A stretch of 64,000 bases of DNA from Candidatus Woesearchaeota archaeon (GTDB lineage: Archaea > Nanobdellota > Nanobdellia > SCGC-AAA011-G17 > JACPIM01), in assembly GCA_964513145.1 (NCBI GenBank), contig CAZELK010000004.1, positions 6,961-70,960 of the forward strand. Reading direction: 5' to 3'. The notes under the pieces were generated by a model, which saw nothing but the letters and a program-made list of their open reading frames with translations, searched no databases and was not told the origin of the DNA. Both the position numbers and the translations under genes were made by a program. The first letter of the stretch is position 1, and every line of letters starts with the position of its first letter. Shown one piece after another: positions 1-10,103 of this stretch.

Positions 1-229
1 TAAAATCTGTAGTTTTATGTGATTGAATTAGTTTCCCAAAAAAATAAATGTTATTTTCAATCTCTTCTTTAATCATAATTTGTAAATGGTGTCTTGAATC
101 CGACTTATCAATATAGAAAGGAGGTTCATCAGACTCAGTTTCTTCTTTTATTTTGTCAAATAGTTTTATAATTTTCTCGTCTTCAACATCTTCTATTTGT
201 AGGTCGTGAAAATAAAAGCGAGTTTCCAT
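1..229 (-). CDS. Hypothetical protein, partial (runs off window start)
   Basis: ATG at 229 (minus); open frame METRFYFHDLQIEDVEDEKIIKLFDKIKEE... to position 1; not in ORF track. Confidence 0.5.
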   Translation of the reverse strand, partial: METRFYFHDLQIEDVEDEKIIKLFDKIKEETESDEPPFYIDKSDSRHHLQIMIKEEIENNIYFFGKLIQSHKTTDF

Positions 230-414
230 AATCTCTTTATGAATTTCTTGCCTTTTAAAAAATATGTTGTTTTTCATAACTTCTTTTAGATTAAGATAGT
301 GCCCGAAAACTATTAATTCTGCACGAAAAGTCTTACTTTTCAAAGACTTTACAGGCAAAGCCTAAATAAAGCAAAATTATATAAAGTAAAAATCAATTAA
401 ATAAATATATCAAA

Positions 415-1701
415 ATGAAAAAAGGTGAAATTTATATTTTATTATTTTTAATAATCTCTTTAATATTAATTTCCTTTATAGTTGTTGCAGCAACAAATAC
501 TCCTACTGAAAATGGAAACCAGCCTTCTTCAGGCAACTGCACTTATGGCACTTACCAATGCAATGGCGATTATGTGCAAAAATGTGACAGTTCACAATGG
601 TTTGATGCAGACTATTGCAAGACTGGATGTACTGATGGTCAATGTAATAAGGGGTCTTATGAAGAACTACCAGAAACACCACCAGAACCAAAACCATATC
701 AAGAAACACCACCAGAACCACAACCATCTGTTGATTTGCTTGAGTGCCAGTATCTATGTGATTTAATTGCAAAAAATTGTGGGAATATGAATATAGAAAT
801 AAATGAATGTAACAAAAAACACAATAAATGTTCTGAAAATTGCTCTATACAATTTCCTTTGGAAGAACCTTTATCAAACAATTTTGCAGACTATGGAGAT
901 GCTCCTGATCCAAATTTTCCAAGCCTAAAGGCAAACAATGGGGCAAGACATTTAAACACACAATATGAATGGCTTGGTCTTGATGTTACTAAAGAAGTTG
1001 ACTCGCGCCAGATTGATCTTGATGAAAAGGATGATGGTATTGCAACATCTAATTTATTATCTGGTTTTTATACATGTTTTCAAAAAGTAATACCAGTAAT
1101 TGTTTCTGTTAAGAACAGAAATTATCCAATCCATGCTTATTCGAATAATAATTTGCTTTATCTTAATATGCTATTTGACTGGAATCAAAATGGAGAATGG
1201 TCTGGTGGAACTTTCTGTGGTCCTACTGAGATTTTTCCTGAACATGCAGTCGTTAACTATCCTATTAATGTAAGTGCTTGGCCGCCAGGAGTAACAACAA
1301 AGATAATTAATATTCCTGTGAGAACTGGTGGATCAGTAATAAATAGCTGGATCAGAGCAACCTTGACATATAACCAGCAAGTTAATTTTCCTTGGGATGG
1401 TACAGGAACATTTGATTTTGGAGAAACTGAAGACTATGGTCCACAAGGTTTGCATAGTGAACCACCCTCAAATGAATCTATTCCACCTAGATATGAAGAG
1501 GAATCGCCAAATGAAAATCCACAATCCACGAAAGAATCTGATAACAGAGAATGTCAGGGCAATAATGAATGTGAAAGTAATGTTTGTGCAAACGGAATTT
1601 GCATAACAGTACCTGAAGAACAAAGAGAGCAACAGTCAGGAATAGTTATTAATACAGTAGTGCAGGCAATAAAAAATTTTTTTATAAATTTATTTCAATG
1701 A
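415..1701 (+). CDS. Secreted/surface protein with Cys-rich N-terminus and GEVED-type domain
   Basis: N-terminal hydrophobic segment; DYGDAPD...GARH...WLG...DDG, FDWNQNGEW and GETEDY motifs; Pro-rich linker. Confidence 0.75.
   Translation: MKKGEIYILLFLIISLILISFIVVAATNTPTENGNQPSSGNCTYGTYQCNGDYVQKCDSSQWFDADYCKTGCTDGQCNKGSYEELPETPPEPKPYQETPPEPQPSVDLLECQYLCDLIAKNCGNMNIEINECNKKHNKCSENCSIQFPLEEPLSNNFADYGDAPDPNFPSLKANNGARHLNTQYEWLGLDVTKEVDSRQIDLDEKDDGIATSNLLSGFYTCFQKVIPVIVSVKNRNYPIHAYSNNNLLYLNMLFDWNQNGEWSGGTFCGPTEIFPEHAVVNYPINVSAWPPGVTTKIINIPVRTGGSVINSWIRATLTYNQQVNFPWDGTGTFDFGETEDYGPQGLHSEPPSNESIPPRYEEESPNENPQSTKESDNRECQGNNECESNVCANGICITVPEEQREQQSGIVINTVVQAIKNFFINLFQ
672..720 (+). repeat. Intragenic 19-bp direct repeat x2, 30-nt period (ETPPEP)
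   Basis: agaaacaccaccagaacca at 672-690 and 702-720. Confidence 0.85.
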
Positions 1702-2010
1702 CCATAATTTGATAATGATTTAATATAATAAATATTTTGAACATATTAATGGAACTTATAAGACTAGTTCTCCAAACATACGCAACTAGCACATGGTAGG
1801 GTCGCGGAGTTATACAATTTTGACAAATTGAAGTATATATATGGAGAGAATCTAGTTATTGGCGATAAAATTATTACTAAAAATAATATTAAATATTTTA
1901 ATTTCATAGTAAATTTGTTCTATTTTTATATCTATGGATTTATTGCTCTACAAACTATATTATATAGTATAAGAAACATTTATATATTGTCTTAAAGCAA
2001 AATTATTTAC

Positions 2011-2745
2011 ATGGAAGAACAATCTAAAAAAGAAGAATTCACAATTAAAAAGTCAAGTTTATGGAAAATTTCTACATTTGTTTTTGGTATATTATTAATA
2101 ATTTCTATTTTTACAGGCGGTTTTGGTTATGGTAAAAGTGAAATAACAGGAAATGTTGTTGTTCCAACAACAAATGAACCGCAGGATCAATTTCCTACAA
2201 TTTCAGTTAATATGAAAGATTTGGTTGATGAGGATAAAATAAAAGGTGATGTTAATGCCCCAATTACTATAGTTGAGTTTTCAGATTATGAATGTCCTTT
2301 TTGCGGAAGATTTTTTGCACAAACATTGCCTTCAGTAGTTCAAGATTATATAAATTCTGGAAAAGCTAGGCTAGTTTACAGGGATTTCCCATTGCCTTTC
2401 CATCCTAATGCCCAAAAAGCAGCTGAGTCAGCTGAATGCGCAGGAAAACAAAATAAATATTATGAAATGCATGATAAAATATTTACAAATCAACAAACTT
2501 TAAGCCTGGAAAATTATAAAAAATGGGCAGGTGAAATTGGATTAAATACTGATGAATTTAATACATGCTTAGATTCTGGAGAAACTGCTTCAGAAATTCA
2601 AAAAGATCTTCAAGATGGAACAGCAGCTGGAATTCAAGGTACACCAGGTTTCATAATAGGAAAAACTAATGGAAACAGTGCAAGAATAATTTCAGGGGCA
2701 TATCCATTCTCAGCATTCCAAGAAGTTATTGAGTCGCAGTTATAA
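2011..2745 (+). CDS. DsbA-family thioredoxin-fold protein, membrane anchored
   Basis: EFSDYECPFC active site, GIQGTPGF cis-Pro loop, N-terminal TM. Confidence 0.92.
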   Translation: MEEQSKKEEFTIKKSSLWKISTFVFGILLIISIFTGGFGYGKSEITGNVVVPTTNEPQDQFPTISVNMKDLVDEDKIKGDVNAPITIVEFSDYECPFCGRFFAQTLPSVVQDYINSGKARLVYRDFPLPFHPNAQKAAESAECAGKQNKYYEMHDKIFTNQQTLSLENYKKWAGEIGLNTDEFNTCLDSGETASEIQKDLQDGTAAGIQGTPGFIIGKTNGNSARIISGAYPFSAFQEVIESQL

Positions 2746-2777
2746 ACATTCTTAAGATATATTAGAGAAGTAGCTTT

Positions 2778-3560
2778 ATGGGAAATGAAGAAATAGAAAT
2801 AAAAAAATCCACTTTAATTATTGGGGTTGTTGTAATTATTGCTTTTATAATTTTAGTTTCCTTTTTAATTGGGTTAATTACAAATCCCAAAGATGATGGT
2901 GATAATAAGCAAACCATTGAATTTAATCCAAAAAACCTGATAGATGATGATACAATTTTAGGTAATAAAAACTCAAAAGTAACAATAATAGAATTTTCAG
3001 ATTATCAATGTCCTTTTTGCAGAAAAGCTTACAAAGAAATAATGCCCTTAGTAAAAGAAAATTATGTTAAAACTAATAAAGCAAAATTGATTTTTAGGGA
3101 TTTTCCATTGACAAGATTACATCCATCAGCATTAATAGCAGCCTTGGCAGCTGAATGTGCAGATGATCAAAATAAATTCTGGGAAATGCATGATAAAATT
3201 TTTGATGAACAAAATAAAAAAGGATCTGGAACAGTATCATTTGGTCCCGAGGATTTAAAAAAATGGTCTAATGAAATTGGAATAAACAATGAAGATTTTA
3301 ATTCATGTCTTGATTCTGAAAAATATATAGACGAAGTTAAAAATGATTTAGTTCAGGGAACAGCTTTTGGCATTTCCGGAACACCAACTTATTTTATTTT
3401 TACAGATAGCATAGAAAAGAAAGATGAAATTAAAAATGCAGTTCCAAGTGAATTTAAAAATTTTGTTACTTTCATTAACAATGAACAACTAACTGGTGTA
3501 AGCTTTGCAGGAGCAATGCCTTTTGAATTATTTAAATCAGTAATAGAAGCAATGCAATAA
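2778..3560 (+). CDS. DsbA-family thioredoxin-fold protein (tandem paralog)
   Basis: EFSDYQCPFC, GISGTPT, N-terminal TM. Confidence 0.92.
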   Translation: MGNEEIEIKKSTLIIGVVVIIAFIILVSFLIGLITNPKDDGDNKQTIEFNPKNLIDDDTILGNKNSKVTIIEFSDYQCPFCRKAYKEIMPLVKENYVKTNKAKLIFRDFPLTRLHPSALIAALAAECADDQNKFWEMHDKIFDEQNKKGSGTVSFGPEDLKKWSNEIGINNEDFNSCLDSEKYIDEVKNDLVQGTAFGISGTPTYFIFTDSIEKKDEIKNAVPSEFKNFVTFINNEQLTGVSFAGAMPFELFKSVIEAMQ

Positions 3561-3562
3561 AA

Positions 3563-3907
3563 ATGGATGAAAATTTAGAAGATAAATTAAGCTTGGATCC
3601 TTTAGAACAAGCTAGAATCAAAAATATTTTAGAAACTGTAGAGAAACAAATTATTGAAATTCAAAGACAACGTAACACTTTTAGGGGAAGAGTTTCTAAA
3701 TATGTTTCTAATATTACAGATTTTATTACAAGAAAAGGAGATTGTATTCTCTATACTTCCTCTCTTTTAACAGTAAGCGGATTTAATATGTATAATGCAA
3801 TTGAAAATAGTAACAAAAATCATGAAGCTGCTTTAGGTTACGGATTGATTTCTATTGTTGCTGCTTGGTCTGCAGGAGTAATTTTTGAAAGTTATAGACA
3901 TAAATAA
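3563..3907 (+). CDS. Hypothetical membrane protein
   Basis: 114 aa ORF co-oriented with dsbA genes, two C-terminal hydrophobic segments. Confidence 0.6.
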   Translation: MDENLEDKLSLDPLEQARIKNILETVEKQIIEIQRQRNTFRGRVSKYVSNITDFITRKGDCILYTSSLLTVSGFNMYNAIENSNKNHEAALGYGLISIVAAWSAGVIFESYRHK

Positions 3908-4096
3908 TTATTTTCTTTGATCTAAGGGTATAATTATCCATGCTAAGATATAAACTAATATCCCAATACCCATTCCAAAAACAAAAAATAGCCAGATTAA
4001 TCTTACAATTATTGGGTCTATATTAAAATATTCCCCAATACCACCGCAAACTCCAGCTAAAATTCTATCATTTTTCGACCTATAGAGCCTTTTCAT
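3908..4096 (-). CDS. PspC domain protein
   Basis: MKRLYRSKNDRILAGVCGGIGEYFNIDP signature; likely start ATG 4096. Confidence 0.9.
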   Translation of the reverse strand: MKRLYRSKNDRILAGVCGGIGEYFNIDPIIVRLIWLFFVFGMGIGILVYILAWIIIPLDQRK

Positions 4097-4401
4097 AAAA
4101 TAAATTTCTCCACAGTCCCTAATTTGCTGCAATAAGGGCACATTCCCTGAAATTCCTTATTTCTAGTAAAACTATATTTACAAGAAGCACATTGGTATTT
4201 GAACTTTTTATTTTGACTTTCAACTTTAAAATTATTAAATTCTTTTTCAGGCTGTCTTAATTTTTGATGCATTGGGTGCTGCAAAGAATAGCAAGAAGTG
4301 CAAACCCATTTTCTCCCTTCCTTATCAGCCTTTAAGTCATTTAATGGTACTCTTGTACTGCATTTAGAGCAAGCAATTAAACTTTCTTTTGAAGCAAGCA
4401 T
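4093..4401 (-). CDS. Small zinc-binding protein with four CxxC pairs
   Basis: CSKC, CTSC, CASC, CPYC in 102 aa. Confidence 0.7.
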   Translation of the reverse strand: MLASKESLIACSKCSTRVPLNDLKADKEGRKWVCTSCYSLQHPMHQKLRQPEKEFNNFKVESQNKKFKYQCASCKYSFTRNKEFQGMCPYCSKLGTVEKFIL

Positions 4402-4508
4402 TTTACTAAAATAATTTACTTTTAAATTTATAAACTTTATTAAGACATTTCATTATAGATAATAAATCAATAATAATATAAAGAACTATGCATATTAGTT
4501 GATTTTAT

Positions 4509-5348
4509 ATGGAGAAAATTGACAAATTAAGATTTAGTACTTCTGGAATACCTTTGTCAACAAAAAAAACAGGTACAATTGAAGGCATAAAAAGAATAAA
4601 AGAATTAAATTTAGATGGTCTTGAACTTGAATTTGTAAGGTCTGTTTATATAAAAAAAGAAAATGCTTCAGAAATAAAAAAAATTGCATCTGAAAATAAC
4701 GTTGTTTTAAGTTCCCATGCTCCTTACTTTATAAATTTAAATTCAGATGACAAGAAAAAGTTTTACGCCAGTATTGGATACATAAAAAACTCAGCTATAA
4801 TAACTTCCTTATGTGGTGGTTATTCAACTTGTTTCCACGCAGGTTATTATCAGAAAATTGATCCAAAAAAAGTATATGAAAAAATAAAAGAAGGATTAAA
4901 AATAATTGTTAAAGAAGTAAATGAAATTGATAAAAAAATATGGATAAGGCCTGAAACAACTGGGAAAATATCTCAGTTCGGGACAATTCATGAAATTATA
5001 GATTTAAGCATGGAATTTGACAATGTTTTGCCATGTATAGACTGGTCACATCTTCATGCCTGGTCTAATGGAAAATATAATACATCAGAAGAATTTAGAG
5101 AAATTTTAATTTTAATGGAAAAAAAATTAGGCAGAAAAGCATTGGATAATGTGCATTTTCATTGTCAGGGTGTAGAATATAATGAGAAAGGCGAAAGATG
5201 GCATTTAAATTTAAAAGAATCAGATCTAAAATATGAAAAACTTTTAAATATATGGAAGGAATTTAAATTAAAAGGAGTAGTTATAGCAGAAAGCCCGAAT
5301 GTTGAAGGCGACGCAATGCTTCTTAAAGAAATATATTATAAAAATTAA
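4509..5348 (+). CDS. nfo: Endonuclease IV-like AP endonuclease (TIM barrel, archaeal type)
   Basis: HAPYFINL, FHAGYY, RPETTGK, PCIDWSH, HFH, ESP metal-ligand motifs. Confidence 0.88.
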   Translation: MEKIDKLRFSTSGIPLSTKKTGTIEGIKRIKELNLDGLELEFVRSVYIKKENASEIKKIASENNVVLSSHAPYFINLNSDDKKKFYASIGYIKNSAIITSLCGGYSTCFHAGYYQKIDPKKVYEKIKEGLKIIVKEVNEIDKKIWIRPETTGKISQFGTIHEIIDLSMEFDNVLPCIDWSHLHAWSNGKYNTSEEFREILILMEKKLGRKALDNVHFHCQGVEYNEKGERWHLNLKESDLKYEKLLNIWKEFKLKGVVIAESPNVEGDAMLLKEIYYKN

Positions 5349-5565
5349 CGTAATTGTTCACGATCTTGAAGTTGATTTTGTCCATAAATATCAAAGACTT
5401 TGAATATAAGTCAATTCAACAAAATTATTGCTATAAGAAAACAAAGACTAATATTCTTTAGTCATTAGCTTTATAGTATCATTATTTTGATAGCTGACTT
5501 CAGATGAGTGAACAATTACAAATTAACGCAAGCTTTAAAAAACAAATAATTTTACTTTAGTTAAA

Positions 5566-5847
5566 ATGGCAGCTAAAAAGGAAATCCAGCATGACAGGCC
5601 TAATTGCATAGGTTGCGCAGCTTGCGCAGCAATAGACCCAAAAACATGGGTTATGCATGAAGATGGAAAGTCTGACATAATTAAAAGTGAAAATTTTGGT
5701 GAAGGCTGGCAGAGAAAAGAAATAAAAGAAGAAGAATTTAAAGATGCTATGGATTGTGCTGACGCTTGTCCTGTAAATGTTATTCATATAATTGAAAAAG
5801 AAGTCGATAAATCTGGAAAAGTTGTTAATGAAAAGAAATTAAAATAA
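5566..5847 (+). CDS. Single-cluster ferredoxin
   Basis: CIGCAAC ... ADACPVNVI. Confidence 0.88.
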   Translation: MAAKKEIQHDRPNCIGCAACAAIDPKTWVMHEDGKSDIIKSENFGEGWQRKEIKEEEFKDAMDCADACPVNVIHIIEKEVDKSGKVVNEKKLK

Positions 5848-5849
5848 AA

Positions 5850-6737
5850 TTAAAATTCTAAAAATTTTCCATCCTCATATTCAATTTTTACATTCTTTCT
5901 TTTTAGTAAATAAAAACTTTCTTTTAATCTATTTAATTCTGTTTCATTTAATGGTTCTTCAGATATTTTACTTTTTAGAGTTATATAATCCTGTACTACA
6001 GTTGGAGGTAATTTTATATTAATTTCCCCATATCTTTCAGGAATTCTATTAATAGCAGCACAATAAAATGGAATAATCTGGTGGTTAGTCCCAAGCTGCC
6101 AAGTTCCTTTTAGATCTATTCTAGTTAAAAATTTTAATAGATTAATTTCCTTTGCATCAACATTTTTATTGCCAATTGTTTCTTCAGCCCTCTTATATAA
6201 CTCTTCAAAACCAGCCCAATCAAATACAGAACATCCCCAATCAGCAAATAATTCAATTAAACTTTTATTTTCAACAGATTTACTTTGCTTTTCATTTTTT
6301 TTAAATTTAATACGATATTTTTTTGCAAATTTTAGATAATCTCTTAATGTCTTTTCATCAAAGAATTTTATGACATATAGCATTTCATCATTTAATGCTC
6401 TTTCATGTGCATTTCCTAAAGAAGCCTCTTTATATTCAAGTTCACGGATTTCGTGAAACATCATAATTTCTTTAAATTCTTTGGGGACTTTTTCATCTTG
6501 GAATATTTCAGTTTCAGGAACTAAACATTGCTCAAAAACTTGTTTCATTTCCAAAGAATAATCAGAACTTCCATTTATTGAGAAGCTTGTCTTAGTACTT
6601 TTAAATACCTCATAAGTTTTATTTTGATATTCAACTTTATATTTATTTTCTGCTTCTTCTAAAATATTTACTCTATCTAAAGTTATATTTTCAGCTATTA
6701 ATTGAGTAAGTGTTTTTTTTGCCATTTTTTTACGCAA
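5850..6737 (-). CDS. Hypothetical protein
   Basis: 295 aa ORF; FHEIRE...AHERA possible metal-binding motif. Confidence 0.6.
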   Translation of the reverse strand: MRKKMAKKTLTQLIAENITLDRVNILEEAENKYKVEYQNKTYEVFKSTKTSFSINGSSDYSLEMKQVFEQCLVPETEIFQDEKVPKEFKEIMMFHEIRELEYKEASLGNAHERALNDEMLYVIKFFDEKTLRDYLKFAKKYRIKFKKNEKQSKSVENKSLIELFADWGCSVFDWAGFEELYKRAEETIGNKNVDAKEINLLKFLTRIDLKGTWQLGTNHQIIPFYCAAINRIPERYGEINIKLPPTVVQDYITLKSKISEEPLNETELNRLKESFYLLKRKNVKIEYEDGKFLEF

Positions 6738-6822
6738 AATATATTAGTATTTAAACTTTTCCATATGTTATTATTTATAAGTAGTCAAAAATAAAGCTTA
6801 TAACTTATAAATTAAGAAATTT

Positions 6823-7029
6823 TCATTTTTTTATGAACCTTAAATTTGAGTGGTTAATTCCTTTTTTCATCTTGGGAGTAATGCTTCTGCCTAAATTATT
6901 ATCCAATGTTCCTTCTGAAAATTTAAATGAAATTAGAGTTATATTAGTTACTTGTGTTTTGGTTGCAATTGTTATAGCTGTTTTAAGATACTTAAAAAAA
7001 CTGGAAAGATAGAAATCACCATAATCCAA
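6823..7029 (-). CDS. Small hypothetical protein
   Basis: 68 aa ORF from track; coding frame uncertain. Confidence 0.25.
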   Translation of the reverse strand: MDYGDFYLSSFFKYLKTAITIATKTQVTNITLISFKFSEGTLDNNLGRSITPKMKKGINHSNLRFIKK

Positions 7030-7088
7030 AAGCCCTTCCTAAAAAATATATTATCAAAATTATTAACAATACTCCAAATAAATCTATT

Positions 7089-7331
7089 TTATTTGTCTTG
7101 GCTCTTTTGTTTAAATTCATCTAATTCCCTCCAAATTTTTTTGATTTCCAATTGAAGATTTATTTGATTATTTAATTCACCAATATCATCTTCATGAGTC
7201 TGTAATTTTAAATAAATTGTAAATATAATCAGTAAAATCCCAGAAACAACTGTAAATAAATCTTGATTATAGCCACCATAAAAACTTATTACAAAACCCA
7301 CCAGCCCGAGAAATATATCCTTTGTGTCCAC
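7089..7331 (-). CDS. Small membrane protein, 2 TM plus coiled tail
   Basis: Hydrophobic N-half, charged C-terminus; likely GTG start. Confidence 0.6.
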   Translation of the reverse strand: MDTKDIFLGLVGFVISFYGGYNQDLFTVVSGILLIIFTIYLKLQTHEDDIGELNNQINLQLEIKKIWRELDEFKQKSQDK

Positions 7332-7422
7332 CCAGTTATCATAATTTCTTATAGTTATATAATTTGTGTAGTAATTTCAACAAAGTAAAACTATTTATAT
7401 TAAGAATTTTTTATATAGTTTA

Positions 7423-8130
7423 ATGAAAAGAGGTAATAAATTAGATTCTCATGGAATTGAAAATGCTGGTTTTTTAAGGGAATTTATTTTTGGCTTAAAT
7501 GATGGTTTAGTTTCTACTTTATCAATTTTAGCTGGATTAAGTGGCGCAGTTGTAAGCAATAATATAATTGTCTTGGCTGGCTTGGCTGAAATTGTAGCTG
7601 GTTCTATTTCAATGGGCTTGGGAGCATATATTTCTACAAAATCAGAAGATGAATATTTTAAAAGCAAAATTGAAAAAGAAAGTAAAAATATAGAAGACCT
7701 GCCTTACATAGAAATAAATGAAATAAAGGATATTTACAGAAAAAAAGGTTTTAATGAAAAAGAAGTTAATCTTATAGTAAGCAAAATAATCAAGCATAAG
7801 GCAACATGGTTGGACACAATAATAAGGGAGAAAATAGGCATTAAACAAGAATTTGATGACCCCAAGAAATTGGGCCTAACAAACGGCTTCTCATTTGTTT
7901 TGGGTGGCTTATTTCCAGTACTGCCTTTTTTGTTTTTTCAAAGCAGTTATCCATTAATAATTGGAACCATTTCCTCATTAATAATATTATTTACAATTGG
8001 GGTCATAAAAAGCAGGATTACAGGTAGAAACTGGTTTGTAAGTGGTTTCGAGTTGACATTTATTTGTTTATTAGCTGCTGCTTTATCTTACTTTGCAGGA
8101 AAATTAATTAATTATTTGGGGGGTATATGA
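7423..8130 (+). CDS. VIT1/CCC1 family iron/manganese transporter
   Basis: LREFIFGLNDGLVS, AGSISMGLGAYIS motifs. Confidence 0.93.
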   Translation: MKRGNKLDSHGIENAGFLREFIFGLNDGLVSTLSILAGLSGAVVSNNIIVLAGLAEIVAGSISMGLGAYISTKSEDEYFKSKIEKESKNIEDLPYIEINEIKDIYRKKGFNEKEVNLIVSKIIKHKATWLDTIIREKIGIKQEFDDPKKLGLTNGFSFVLGGLFPVLPFLFFQSSYPLIIGTISSLIILFTIGVIKSRITGRNWFVSGFELTFICLLAAALSYFAGKLINYLGGI

Positions 8131-9233
8131 TGGTAGATTTTGATGAGATTGGTCCGGAAAAAATATTGGAAATACATAATCCTAAAATTGGTGTGCATGG
8201 TTTTCTTGTAATAGATTCGCTTGCACTTGGTCCAGGAAAAGGAGGTATCAGAATGACGCCAACAGTTAATGTAGAGGAAGTTGCAAAATTAGCAAGAGCC
8301 ATGAGTTACAAAAATGCCATGGCTGAACTTCCTTTTGGTGGGGCAAAAGCTGGAATAGTTGCTGATGACAAGCAGATAACAAAACAGAAGAAAAAAGAAA
8401 TAATATTTGCTTTTGCAGAATCATTAAAAGAATATTGTCCAAAATTATACATAGCTGGTCCAGACATGAATACAGGTGAAGAAGAAATGGGCTGGTTTTC
8501 TAAAGCATTAAAAAATAAAAAAGTCTGCACAGGAAAGCCAAAATCCATGGGTGGTTTGCCTCATGAACTAGGAAGCACTGGCTTTGGTGTTTTTCATTCA
8601 ATGATGACAGCTATAGAAAATTTAAATTTAAACAAAGAAAAAATAACAGTCGCAGTTGAAGGTTTTGGGAATGTAGGCTGGTTTGTTTCTAAATTTCTGG
8701 CTGAAAATAATATAAAATTAGTTGCAGTCTCAGATTCCAAAGGTGTTATTTACAACAAAGAAGGTTTAAATTTTAATAAATTAGATAAAATAAAAAAATC
8801 AACAGGAAGTGTTGTAAATTATAAAAATGGAAATGTGTTTCCAGCTAGTTCTATAATAAATATCGACGCAGATATTTTAGTTACAGCAGCAATTCCTGAC
8901 TTGATTAAAATTAATGATGTTAATGAAGTTAAAGCAAAATTAATTGTAGAGGGAAGCAACATACCTATGAATTATGAAACAGAATCTTTGCTGCATAAAA
9001 AAGGCACTTTGGTAATACCTGATTTTGTTGCAAATGCCGGCGGAGTAATAAGCTCATATGTTGAATATATAAAAGGAAATAGGGAAAAAATGTTCAAAAT
9101 TGTGAAAGAAAAGATTATAAAGAACACTAAACTTATTTTAGAACATCCTGCAAAGAACATTATGCCAAGGGACATCGCCATTAAAATTGCCAGGCAAAGA
9201 ATAGAAAAAAAATGCAAAATATGTAATTTTTAG
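8127..9233 (+). CDS. gdhA: Glu/Leu/Phe/Val dehydrogenase (glutamate dehydrogenase-like)
   Basis: GPGKGGIRM, PFGGAKAG, GPDMNT, TGKP, EGFGNVG, PDFVANAGGV. Confidence 0.92.
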   Translation: MMVDFDEIGPEKILEIHNPKIGVHGFLVIDSLALGPGKGGIRMTPTVNVEEVAKLARAMSYKNAMAELPFGGAKAGIVADDKQITKQKKKEIIFAFAESLKEYCPKLYIAGPDMNTGEEEMGWFSKALKNKKVCTGKPKSMGGLPHELGSTGFGVFHSMMTAIENLNLNKEKITVAVEGFGNVGWFVSKFLAENNIKLVAVSDSKGVIYNKEGLNFNKLDKIKKSTGSVVNYKNGNVFPASSIINIDADILVTAAIPDLIKINDVNEVKAKLIVEGSNIPMNYETESLLHKKGTLVIPDFVANAGGVISSYVEYIKGNREKMFKIVKEKIIKNTKLILEHPAKNIMPRDIAIKIARQRIEKKCKICNF

Positions 9234-9244
9234 GAGGGTTTAGC

Positions 9245-9439
9245 ATGAAAGGAGACGATAATTGTTGTCAAGGTGGGAAAAATAAAGATTTTAAAGGTTC
9301 TAGTTGTGCATGTGAAAGTGAAATTGAAGAACAAAGTTGCGGATGCATGGAAGAAGTAGAAACACCAAAAAAAGTCATGAAAGGAAAAGCAATGAAAGTT
9401 AAAGAAGAACACCAATGTGGTTGCTGCGGAGGCCACTAA
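9245..9439 (+). CDS. Small Cys-rich, metallothionein-like protein
   Basis: 9 Cys in CC/CxC/CxCC clusters plus 2 His in 64 aa; RBS ggaggg upstream. Confidence 0.65.
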   Translation: MKGDDNCCQGGKNKDFKGSSCACESEIEEQSCGCMEEVETPKKVMKGKAMKVKEEHQCGCCGGH

Positions 9440-9463
9440 ATTTTTATTTTTAAAAGAGGCATT

Positions 9464-10072
9464 ATGTTTTTTAATAAAATTTTATTAATTTTGCTTATTT
9501 CTATTCCATTATGTTATTCTATAGAAACTATTGAAGCAACAGTACAGGGAACAACAATTGAAGTTGTAAAAAAACAAGCTTTTAATGTTAATATAGTTGA
9601 AAGCAGCAGCATAAGAATAGGAAATTCAAGGCAGGACAGTATAATTCCATATCAAATTAGCATTACAGAAATAAAACAAACTTTAGTAACATTAAAATTT
9701 AAAAAATTCAATAATCTTTCTATTAATCTTGGTGAAGAAAGAAAAGTTGATTTTGATAGTGATAATGTTTTTGATGTAGCAATAAAATTATCAGCATTAA
9801 GACCAGGCAGGGCAACTTTAATATTTACAAGCTTGGAAAGCAAAGTCGAATCTTTAATTGATAATTCTGCTTTAATAGCAAATGAAATTTTAAATAATAC
9901 TAAAGAAACAACTCCAGATTTAACAAAAAATGTAACAAATGAAGAAGTAGAATTAGATATAAATGTAAATGCTGAAAAATCATACTTTAAAATTAATTAC
10001 ATAATTTCAACTGCTTTAATTATAATATTACTGGCTGTTATATTGATTCATTTTTTAAGAAGAATGAGATAA
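9464..10072 (+). CDS. Secreted/membrane-anchored hypothetical protein
   Basis: Signal peptide, DSDNVFDVAIKL motif, C-terminal TM plus basic tail. Confidence 0.7.
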   Translation: MFFNKILLILLISIPLCYSIETIEATVQGTTIEVVKKQAFNVNIVESSSIRIGNSRQDSIIPYQISITEIKQTLVTLKFKKFNNLSINLGEERKVDFDSDNVFDVAIKLSALRPGRATLIFTSLESKVESLIDNSALIANEILNNTKETTPDLTKNVTNEEVELDINVNAEKSYFKINYIISTALIIILLAVILIHFLRRMR

Positions 10073-10103
10073 TATTTTAAAGTCGTGGAATATTAAGTAT
10101 TTT

